NCBI GenBank assembly: GCA_001794635.1
Contig: MGKE01000011.1
Location: 20,682-84,681, forward strand
Length of the DNA stretch: 64,000 nt
Source: Candidatus Yanofskybacteria bacterium RIFCSPLOWO2_01_FULL_39_28
Lineage (GTDB): Bacteria > Patescibacteriota > Minisyncoccia > 2-02-FULL-40-12 > GWA2-44-9
Direction of reading: 5' to 3'
In this document: positions 19,466 through 27,157 of the stretch, one piece after another
Layout: every line of letters begins with the position of its first letter
Position numbering within the stretch: position 1 is the stretch's first letter
Translations under genes and position numbers: made by a program
The notes under the pieces: model-generated
The model's database searches: none
What the model was told of the DNA's origin: nothing
Seen by the model: only the letters and a program-made list of their open reading frames with translations

Positions 19466-19627
19466 TTATTTATTAATGTTGGAATTAATAAATTGTTGCG
19501 ATGACATTACAAGTAAATTATTACTATATGGGTATATTGCAAGCTTATAAAAAAACCAGACTCCAAGTAATAAACCTATAATAAAACCTGCTATTACCCA
19601 AGTTAAATTTTTATCTATCCAAATCAT
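19466..19627 (-). CDS. possible 53-aa single-TM peptide (below ORF-track cutoff)
   Basis: Manual translation gives MIWIDKNLTWVIAGFIIGLLLGVWFFYKLAIYPYSNNLLVMSSQQFINSNINK. It sits between two same-strand genes. Confidence 0.25.
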   Translation of the reverse strand: MIWIDKNLTWVIAGFIIGLLLGVWFFYKLAIYPYSNNLLVMSSQQFINSNINK

Positions 19628-19632
19628 TTAAT

Positions 19633-22146
19633 TTAATGTCCCCATATATAATTATAATCATAAATATCCTGTGTTCCTAACAATGTTGATTTACCATCGC
19701 CCACAAATTCATACATGACATTATTTATAATACTATGTCCCAAACCTAAAGCATGACCTAATTCATGAAGAATAGTATTCAAACGACCATCACCCTCGTC
19801 AAAGTTTTCCATATAATCCTTATTTAGTCTTATCTGGTCAGGATCAAAGAAAGGATTCCATTCTGCTGTCCAAGAAACACTTGTCCAATTTTCTACGTCA
19901 CGAACAAATAAATACTCTTCTGAATCTGAGGCTATATTAACTAAGCCCAGATCATTCCAAGTATCAACTGCGTCCAACCAATCAACCATATAATCAGTAG
20001 AACCCGTCCATTTTAGTTGGCCATTTTGCACTGAACCAGAGCCAGTAATATGATGCCAAGGATTATAATCAACATAATCGCTAACTGGATCCCCAAACGC
20101 AGAAGGATTTGTTGAAGAATGATATGGGCCAGTATAGCTGTCCCAGTAATTATTCTCGGCATTTACTGTATTAGCCGTATTATTGTAAATTCCATAATAA
20201 GCATTATTGCTAAACCAGGTTTCGGAAACACTTGCCAATCCATCAGCTATGCCTATGCCATAAAAATAACTTTCGGCTATCGTTGATCTATTAATTTCAA
20301 TATAGCCTCCGCCTACATAAACATTTGAATATGTGCCATCATCAGCGGTTCCTCCATATTTTATTGATGAATAACTCATACTGGCAGTTGAACCAGAATT
20401 TATCCTTATTGAATTCCAGTCACCAAACAAAGGTGTACTCCCTCCCCCGTCCCCATTGGTATCGCCTCCAACCGTGTCATCTTTATAGGACGTAAAATAT
20501 ATAGGATTTGAATAAGTCCCCTGAGCATCCAGTCTTCCATCAACATCGAAATGCGAACTAGTACTCGCGAACTTAACAATAACTCCCGGACTGATAGTAA
20601 GAGTTTTGCCGGGTTTAATCGTGAGTCCATCCTCTCCGATTACAAACGGAGTAGTTCCCGACCAGGTTTGATCGGAATTGATGAAACCGGTTATAGGACT
20701 ACCTTCAGCCGGCCATTGGGTAAGCCACGGTCCAAAGTCCGTCACGTTACTATTAAGAATATTACCAGCGCCACCGGAGTTTAACGATGAATGATATGGT
20801 CCGGAAGAATCTCCCCAATAATTGTTTCTGGCTATAACAGATGTATTGGTGCTGTATATGGCAAAATCGGAATTGTCATAAAAATGACTGCCGGAAACTG
20901 TTACCGTTCCGCTTGAGGATCGTTCTATTGCTTGATCATGACCATTAAGAACGCTGTCTTGAATATCAACTTTACCTCCGGTAACTTTGAAGCCATTCTC
21001 TGATGTTGAAGCAACTATTGAATCAGAGACATCCAGAGCGCCGCCGGTAACATAAAAGTCTCCGCTATTCATCCCCCCATACCTTATAACCGCATGACTC
21101 ACAGATGCAGTGGATCCGGAATTTATGGAAATACTCTGCCAGTCTTTAAAAGTAGGCGAAGTTGAAGAGCTGTCTCCGTTTGTATCGCCCCCGATATCAT
21201 CTTTGTAAGAAGTGAAATATACGGGTGAGCCTAGAGAACCAGAAGCATTAAGTCGTCCGTTTATACTAAGCTGGGAAGAAGTACCCTCAAACTTAACAAT
21301 AGCACCTGAATCAAGCATTAATATTTTACCGGAAGAAACAGTGAAACCGCTGTCGTCAATAATATACGGTATTTGAGCGGTCCAAGTTTGGCTTTCATCC
21401 ATTGGACCGGCAACCACAAATCCTTTTCTTCCAGTGCCAGAAGAAGTGTTACCGGATGAAGTCAAGATTAAACCATCACTGAAATCAATATAGGCAACGC
21501 CATCAGTAGTGTCAGCAACATCCCCGTTATCTGTGAAGGTGTTGTTGTTAAGTGTAAGAGTTCCTGAACCGCCGGCAGTTAAACCATGGTCGGTGGTATC
21601 TTTAATAGTATTGTTGGTGATTGATACTATGCCGCCAGTAATATCAAAGTTGTCAGAGGCTGAAGCTATTGTTGAATTGAATATGCTGAAAGTGCCGCCA
21701 CTAATATCAAAGTTAGTATCTTGTGGCGTACTTCCTCCAAAACGAATAGTGGAATATGTCATACTCACGCTGGCTCCACTATTAACTTGTATCGTCCCCC
21801 AATCATCTTTAGTGGAAGTAGTGGATGTTCCATCGCCGTTTGTATCACCGCCTATAGAGTCATCTTTAAATGATGTGAAATATGACTTGCTAGATGCATT
21901 ACCATAAGAAGAGAACTCGCCGTTAACGATTAACGATTTGTCTGTATCAAATTTAACTATCGTGCCTGGCTCAATGGTTAATTGAACACCAGAATTAACA
22001 GTTACATCTCCCGTAACAACATATACATCGCCATATTGCCAGGTGGTATTGGTTGAGATAGTGCCGGAGACTTCAATATATGCAAGGGCTGGACAAGATA
22101 CTGATAAGGAAAAAACTGCAAACAATAAGAGAAGTTTCTTGTGCAT
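19633..22146 (-). CDS. secreted multi-repeat protein with C-terminal metzincin zinc-protease motif
   Basis: Signal peptide MHKKLLLLFAVFSLSVSCPALA. Three ~230-aa repeats each contain YFTS(F/Y)KDDxxGGDTNGD...DW..I.(I/V)NSG. C-terminal HELGHALGLGH (HExxHxxGxxH). Confidence 0.8.
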   Translation of the reverse strand: MHKKLLLLFAVFSLSVSCPALAYIEVSGTISTNTTWQYGDVYVVTGDVTVNSGVQLTIEPGTIVKFDTDKSLIVNGEFSSYGNASSKSYFTSFKDDSIGGDTNGDGTSTTSTKDDWGTIQVNSGASVSMTYSTIRFGGSTPQDTNFDISGGTFSIFNSTIASASDNFDITGGIVSITNNTIKDTTDHGLTAGGSGTLTLNNNTFTDNGDVADTTDGVAYIDFSDGLILTSSGNTSSGTGRKGFVVAGPMDESQTWTAQIPYIIDDSGFTVSSGKILMLDSGAIVKFEGTSSQLSINGRLNASGSLGSPVYFTSYKDDIGGDTNGDSSSTSPTFKDWQSISINSGSTASVSHAVIRYGGMNSGDFYVTGGALDVSDSIVASTSENGFKVTGGKVDIQDSVLNGHDQAIERSSSGTVTVSGSHFYDNSDFAIYSTNTSVIARNNYWGDSSGPYHSSLNSGGAGNILNSNVTDFGPWLTQWPAEGSPITGFINSDQTWSGTTPFVIGEDGLTIKPGKTLTISPGVIVKFASTSSHFDVDGRLDAQGTYSNPIYFTSYKDDTVGGDTNGDGGGSTPLFGDWNSIRINSGSTASMSYSSIKYGGTADDGTYSNVYVGGGYIEINRSTIAESYFYGIGIADGLASVSETWFSNNAYYGIYNNTANTVNAENNYWDSYTGPYHSSTNPSAFGDPVSDYVDYNPWHHITGSGSVQNGQLKWTGSTDYMVDWLDAVDTWNDLGLVNIASDSEEYLFVRDVENWTSVSWTAEWNPFFDPDQIRLNKDYMENFDEGDGRLNTILHELGHALGLGHSIINNVMYEFVGDGKSTLLGTQDIYDYNYIWGH

Positions 22147-22208
22147 GTATTCTTATTATATTTTCTGTCCAGCTATGTGTCAAAAAAAATTATCAACAAT
22201 CCGAACTT

Positions 22209-22829
22209 TTACAACCCAGTACCCGTAATAAGTCTGAAAAACCAATAAATAATCGGGGAAACGAAGACAATAAAAACAACTAAAAATATCGGAAATAAGA
22301 TAAAGCTGTTTTTGTAAATATAAACCTTCAGAGAATTCATTCTTGGCGGAAGAAATGTCATTAACAGCCAGTGGCCATCAAGCGGCGGAACAGGAAACAG
22401 GTTAAAAATACCAAGCACTAAATTAAGCAAAACAATATAAGAAAAAAGTTCAAAAACCATCGGAGAAATAAACAGATCTGGCGCAAAACGAAGAGTTAGG
22501 CCAAAAAGAAGAGCCAGAGTAAAATTAGATAACGGTCCAGCAATAGCTACCTTGGCTGGACCGTATTTTCGGTCAACCAAGTTGTTGGGATTGTATGGGA
22601 CCGGCTTAGCATAACCAAAAACAAAACCTGTAGTGAAAAACAGAAAAAGCGGTAACAGAACAGAGCCAAACAAATCAATATGCTTAATAGGGTTAAGACT
22701 TAGACGGCCGAGGTTTTTCGCCGTATTATCGCCCAGTGAATTAGCCATCAGTCCGTGAGAAACCTCATGTATGGTGACGGAATACAAAATCACGACTATA
22801 TAAAAAATGGGGAGCAGTAGGCTTTCCAT
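22209..22829 (-). CDS. site-2 protease family (peptidase M50) membrane protein
   Basis: HEVSHGLMA zinc motif and GRLSLNPIKHIDLFGS. The start at Met 22829 avoids overlapping rpmB; the track ORF reaches 22928. Confidence 0.8.
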   Translation of the reverse strand: MESLLLPIFYIVVILYSVTIHEVSHGLMANSLGDNTAKNLGRLSLNPIKHIDLFGSVLLPLFLFFTTGFVFGYAKPVPYNPNNLVDRKYGPAKVAIAGPLSNFTLALLFGLTLRFAPDLFISPMVFELFSYIVLLNLVLGIFNLFPVPPLDGHWLLMTFLPPRMNSLKVYIYKNSFILFPIFLVVFIVFVSPIIYWFFRLITGTGL

Positions 22830-22881
22830 AATACTTGCAAGGATAGCAAGTTTGAGATATACTATCAAGGAAATTAAATCT

Positions 22882-23067
22882 ATGGCAACTAAATGTAAAA
22901 ACTGCGGCAAGAGCTCACGAATGGTCACAACTCGTGTCCTTTTGCGAGGCCATTATAATCCAACCTCCAAATCCCGCCGCTACCCAAACCTCCAGTGGGC
23001 AAAAATTGACGGCAAAAGAATAAAAATCTGCACCGACTGCATCAAGACACTCAATAGGACCAAATAA
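22882..23067 (+). CDS. rpmB: 50S ribosomal protein L28
   Basis: MATKCKNCGKSSRMVTTRVLLRGHYNPTSKSRRYPNLQ... from the internal ATG at 22882. Confidence 0.8.
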   Translation: MATKCKNCGKSSRMVTTRVLLRGHYNPTSKSRRYPNLQWAKIDGKRIKICTDCIKTLNRTK

Positions 23068-23082
23068 GGATTAAAAAGAGAA

Positions 23083-23598
23083 ATGTCCAAAGAAATACCA
23101 ACACATAAGAGCGAAACGCCTTATGATGTTAAAACTCTTAGCGCTCAATCTAAAATAAGATACATTTTAGAAATTTTTGATGCCGGAAAAGGCACCACTG
23201 AAGAAAGAGATAAAAGAAAAGAAAAATTTTTAGACCTTCTCCGAACTTATTACGGGAGAGCAGTTAGCGCTAAGGCTAAACGACAAATGGATTTTTCTCC
23301 GGAATACAGATCCAGAAAACAAAAAAACAAAATTAAAGAAGAACAAACATCCGATGAAGACAAGGCAAGGATTCATAATCAGATAATGGAAATACTTACA
23401 AACTTGTCTACTTCTCAAGGTCTAACTCAAGGGCAAATGAAAGTTGTTGACTATCTAGTCCGAAACCGGGAAGAAGTTGCCAAAATGATAGAAGACTATT
23501 TTTCCGGTTTTAATTCAAGTAGTCTCCAAGAATACTCTCCTCTAAAACAAGCTCTGCGGGGAGAAGGATACTTCACGGGCAAAAAAGAAGAAGAATAG
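23083..23598 (+). CDS. hypothetical charged protein
   Basis: 171-aa ORF, Lys/Glu-rich, no recognisable motif. Confidence 0.45.
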   Translation: MSKEIPTHKSETPYDVKTLSAQSKIRYILEIFDAGKGTTEERDKRKEKFLDLLRTYYGRAVSAKAKRQMDFSPEYRSRKQKNKIKEEQTSDEDKARIHNQIMEILTNLSTSQGLTQGQMKVVDYLVRNREEVAKMIEDYFSGFNSSSLQEYSPLKQALRGEGYFTGKKEEE

Positions 23599-23600
23599 AT

Positions 23601-23672
23601 CGGGCTGTAGTATAAAGGCTATTATTCACGCATGGGGTGCGTGCGATCCGCGTTCAATTCGCGGCAGCCCGA
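23601..23672 (+). tRNA. tRNA-Pro (anticodon GGG)
   Basis: Manual cloverleaf: acceptor CGGGCTG/CAGCCCG, anticodon stem CACGC/GCGTG with loop ATGGGGT, T arm CCGCG-TTCAATT-CGCGG. Confidence 0.85.
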
Positions 23673-23686
23673 CAATCTACCCATTA

Positions 23687-23722
23687 CCACCTTAAAACCG
23701 CCTCCAGGCGGTTTTAAGGTGG
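23687..23722 (+). terminator. perfect 16-bp hairpin downstream of tRNA-Pro
   Basis: CCACCTTAAAACCGCC-TCCA-GGCGGTTTTAAGGTGG. No clear U-tract follows. Confidence 0.5.
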
Positions 23723-23950
23723 CCCTTCCGTTATCGCTAAGACTTTAGCTTTTTGGCTGGTGGGTCTCCGCAATGCAACCTGTCGGAATCTTCAAACATG
23801 AAGCTTCTCCAAGATTGCAAGATATGAGAGTCCCTAGATAGACAATTTGTCCTAAAGCTTGGGCAAAAACAGAAGAACCTAATTTAATTATACAATTTCC
23901 ACTTACTAATTTCTAATTATCAAAAGTTGATAATTATAGGACTTACGCGT

Positions 23951-24547
23951 TTAGTCAAACATTACTGATTCATCAACTCGTTTATACTGAAAAATCTCTT
24001 TTGAGGAGAACCAGTGGCCAATCTCTCTTTTTGCTTCAGACACAGAACCGGAAGCGTGAACTATGTTTCTAATTGGTCTCTTATTAAAGTTACCCAAAGT
24101 AGAAGAATCGACAGAAAAGTCCCCTCTTATTGTGCCGATGTCAGCTTTAAAAGGCAAAGTGTTTCCTACTATTTTTCTGCCCATTTCTACTGCATGCGGT
24201 CCCTCAAAAATCATGGCCACCACCGGACTTGAAGACAAAAATTCAAAATTCCAGTTATTAATCATCTTTCCAATTTCAAGAACATTATCAGTCCCCAGTA
24301 TTTTCATGGCATCAAGGCCAAGCTGTCTAAGATTCTCAAGGCTTTTATTGCCCATACCCTCAAGCTGTTCCTTTGTAGCTAGGTAGTGTTTCTTAATGTG
24401 TTCAGCCGATGGCTTAACCATTTTTATTCCAACAACCTTAAAACCACGAGTTTCAAATCTCTTTATAATTTCTCCGACTATTCCTCTTTGCAGAGCATCC
24501 GGCTTGGCTAGTATCAATGTTTGTTCTTTTTGTATTTTGTGTGACAT
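23951..24547 (-). CDS. ndk: nucleoside-diphosphate kinase (long form)
   Basis: LILAKPDALQRGIVGEIIKRFETRGFKVVGIKM and NIVHASGS active-site His region. An internal insertion relative to ~150-aa Ndk. Confidence 0.8.
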   Translation of the reverse strand: MSHKIQKEQTLILAKPDALQRGIVGEIIKRFETRGFKVVGIKMVKPSAEHIKKHYLATKEQLEGMGNKSLENLRQLGLDAMKILGTDNVLEIGKMINNWNFEFLSSSPVVAMIFEGPHAVEMGRKIVGNTLPFKADIGTIRGDFSVDSSTLGNFNKRPIRNIVHASGSVSEAKREIGHWFSSKEIFQYKRVDESVMFD

Positions 24548-24548
24548 T

Positions 24549-25409
24549 TTAATTTATTATAAAACTATTTCCGTCACTTGTTATTTTTATATCTCCATCC
24601 AAGTCATTGCGATAATATTTTATACCAAAATCGTCCAATCTTTTCAATACTTCTTCTGTCGGATGACTATAGCGATTTTCAGCGCCAACTTGAATAACCG
24701 CCACTTCTGGACTGACTGCTGACAAGAACTCTTCCATACTTGAAGTTTTGGAGCCATGGTGAGCAATCTTCAAAATATCTGCGTCAACATCCACACCCTC
24801 AATCAAAATCGCCCGCTCTCCTTTTACTTCTATGTCTCCAGTTAATAAAACTTCTAAATCTTTATAATCAAGCATCGCCACAATTGAGTTATTATTTGTC
24901 TTATCAAATCTTTGTCCAGTAAGTGATTCAGACGGATAAATAATATGTAAGATTACTCCATCACCCAAATCAATTATTTTACCCAGTATTGGATCAATAA
25001 TATTAGCGCCCTCTTTTTCAACCAATTCTTTCCAGGCCAGATATAGCGCCTTCTCGCTTTCAATATCAGAAAAAACAACATTTTCAACTTCGTATTTCTC
25101 TAATACCTCGACTAACCCCGAAGCATGGTCCGCATCAGGATGAGTCATTACCACTAAATTAATATTCTTATCATAAAACGGCATCACTCCTCCCAACTTA
25201 GACAAAACCTTACCTCCCGGCCCGCCATCAATCAATATCTGATGCCCCGACGGCGTTTCAATAAAAATACTATCGCCTTGCCCTACATTAAAGAAATATA
25301 TCTTAAGTAGACCGTCTTTTTGGGAAGCGGCGGAGTGGGTTGAGAAAGCAAAAACTGATAAGCAAAGAAGTATTACTAAATGCATTAAACCGAGTTGCCT
25401 AGATTTCAT
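24549..25409 (-). CDS. secreted metallo-beta-lactamase-fold protein (ComEC C-terminal-domain-like)
   Basis: Signal-like N-terminus; FFNVGQGDSIFIE and THPDADHASG motifs; adjacent to comEC. Confidence 0.75.
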   Translation of the reverse strand: MKSRQLGLMHLVILLCLSVFAFSTHSAASQKDGLLKIYFFNVGQGDSIFIETPSGHQILIDGGPGGKVLSKLGGVMPFYDKNINLVVMTHPDADHASGLVEVLEKYEVENVVFSDIESEKALYLAWKELVEKEGANIIDPILGKIIDLGDGVILHIIYPSESLTGQRFDKTNNNSIVAMLDYKDLEVLLTGDIEVKGERAILIEGVDVDADILKIAHHGSKTSSMEEFLSAVSPEVAVIQVGAENRYSHPTEEVLKRLDDFGIKYYRNDLDGDIKITSDGNSFIIN

Positions 25410-25460
25410 TAAACACTTTTAGCACAATTTTAAACAAAAAGAAAAGCCGGTTTTACCGAC

Positions 25461-25682
25461 TTATTTCTTACTTTCTCTTTCTAACCAATTTTCAAGATTC
25501 TTTAAGTGAGTTTCCAGTTCTGACGTGTCAAATTTGTTTTTCTTGTATTGATCAATTTTTCTTTTGGTTGCTTCTACTGCCTTATTTAAACCGTCCACTA
25601 TTTCTTTCTTATCACTGGGACACTTATCAGAAGTATGATTTTGGACTGAAGTATAAAATGGCTTGCTTAAATCGTTGGTCAT
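25461..25682 (-). CDS. hypothetical small protein
   Basis: 73-aa ORF between the two ComEC-related genes. Confidence 0.35.
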   Translation of the reverse strand: MTNDLSKPFYTSVQNHTSDKCPSDKKEIVDGLNKAVEATKRKIDQYKKNKFDTSELETHLKNLENWLERESKK

Positions 25683-25727
25683 TTTTTCTGTCCTTTTTAA
25701 ATAACTCTCAGACTATTAATAGACTTT

Positions 25728-27080
25728 TTACCACAAACTCATAAAATTGACAACTTCTATCTGGTAAGTCGATATTGCCCAGGCAACATAACCGATTATT
25801 TGACCGGCCAAGGGTGAAACTATTCCAACTAAACCGACCAGAAAACCAGTTAGCATTGCTATGGGAATAAACGGTAAAATAAGAACATTGGTCGGCAAAG
25901 ATATTAATGAAAAATTGCCAAAATAATATATCAAAAGCGGGGCAACGGCAATTTGAGCAGATAGGGTCATCAGGGTTATTTCCTTCAAATTGCCAAACTT
26001 TGGTAATTTATAAAGTTTTGAGTCAATCTGCGGATATAAATAGATTAATCCTAAAACAGCGGCAAAAGATAATTGAAATCCAATATCAAAAACAAGAACA
26101 AAAGGATTTATCCAAACCATTGCCGCACCGGCAAGAATAATAGAATTTTTCTGGTCATATAATCGGCCATAACCGTTGGCAAAAGAGAGAAGTAATCCCA
26201 TAAGCGCCGCCCGCACAACCGATGCCGAAGCTCCAGTCAAGATAACAAATAAAATTATAACCGCCACTGAAATCCAAAAAGCCACCCGTCGCCTGAAAAA
26301 CCAAATCAATCCCAACAAAATCGCCTCTGAAATAATCATTATATTGTAACCGGAGATGGCTAAAACATGAGTCGTGCCGGTTTTGTTAAATGCTTCCTTA
26401 AGATCATCCGGTATATTCTGCCGGCTACCAAGCAAAATACCATTGATGAATGACGCATTTGGTTCAGGGATTGATAGGTTAATGGCTTTTTCAAATTTTT
26501 CTTTTACGGCAAATATTTTTCTATATATGTTTAACTTAATATTCTCACTAAAATCAAGCTGGGTTTTACCCGCGGTTTCTATTTCAGGAAAAAATAAAAT
26601 AAGTTTGATTCCATCTTTTTTAAGGTAGGTTATGTAGTCAAAATCTTCCGAAAAATTTTGAGGCAACTCTAATTTACCCTGAACTTCAATAAAGTCACCA
26701 AACTCACGCTTAGGATAACTGCTGGCCGTAACCAACACCCTCTCTTTACCAGTCTTCAATACAAACCTTTGGATAGATTCTTTAGTCTCTGGTTCACTAT
26801 CAATGTAGCCAGTCAAAACCACCTTTTGACCAACAAGTTTTTCCAGCGAGTTTTTAGATAAATCAAATTGATTGAAACGAACTGCTCCGACAATCAAAAA
26901 CACAATCATCGCTACTACCAACAAAGCAAGCTTATTCTCACCAGCCAACATAACGACACCGACAACAACCACTAAAGTTACCCAGATTAAAGTTTGAGAA
27001 AAATTAAAAAGAGAGGCCAACAAAACCCCGCCGATAAAAGCCGAGAGCAGATAAAAAAACACCTGGGACTTGTGATACAT
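25728..27080 (-). CDS. comEC: ComEC/Rec2 family competence membrane protein
   Basis: Polytopic; TGTTHVLAISGYNI motif. Confidence 0.85.
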   Translation of the reverse strand: MYHKSQVFFYLLSAFIGGVLLASLFNFSQTLIWVTLVVVVGVVMLAGENKLALLVVAMIVFLIVGAVRFNQFDLSKNSLEKLVGQKVVLTGYIDSEPETKESIQRFVLKTGKERVLVTASSYPKREFGDFIEVQGKLELPQNFSEDFDYITYLKKDGIKLILFFPEIETAGKTQLDFSENIKLNIYRKIFAVKEKFEKAINLSIPEPNASFINGILLGSRQNIPDDLKEAFNKTGTTHVLAISGYNIMIISEAILLGLIWFFRRRVAFWISVAVIILFVILTGASASVVRAALMGLLLSFANGYGRLYDQKNSIILAGAAMVWINPFVLVFDIGFQLSFAAVLGLIYLYPQIDSKLYKLPKFGNLKEITLMTLSAQIAVAPLLIYYFGNFSLISLPTNVLILPFIPIAMLTGFLVGLVGIVSPLAGQIIGYVAWAISTYQIEVVNFMSLW

Positions 27081-27112
27081 TCAGGAAACCTTATCAAATT
27101 TTGGCCAAAAAG

Positions 27113-27137
27113 AAAAAGGAGGGATCACCTCCTTTTT
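27113..27137. terminator. bidirectional hairpin terminator after nrdJ
   Basis: AAAAAGGAGG-GATCA-CCTCCTTTTT with T/A runs on both sides. Confidence 0.65.
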
Positions 27138-27157
27138 CTTTTAAACTGACCATAATT

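Noticed and set aside
23768-23860. SRP (4.5S) RNA
   Set aside because: The 5' strand resembles the E. coli 4.5S segment UCUCCCGCAACGC and the region folds as a long hairpin. However, the diagnostic helix-8 features (GNAR tetraloop flanked by the GGAAGCAGC-type asymmetric loop) are absent.
27113-27137. SD/anti-SD-like sequence AAGGAGG...GATCACCTCCTT as a possible rRNA fragment or regulatory mimic
   Set aside because: It is simply the two arms of a 10-bp terminator hairpin with flanking A/T runs between nrdJ and comEC. The resemblance to the 16S 3' end follows from AGGAGG being paired with its complement.
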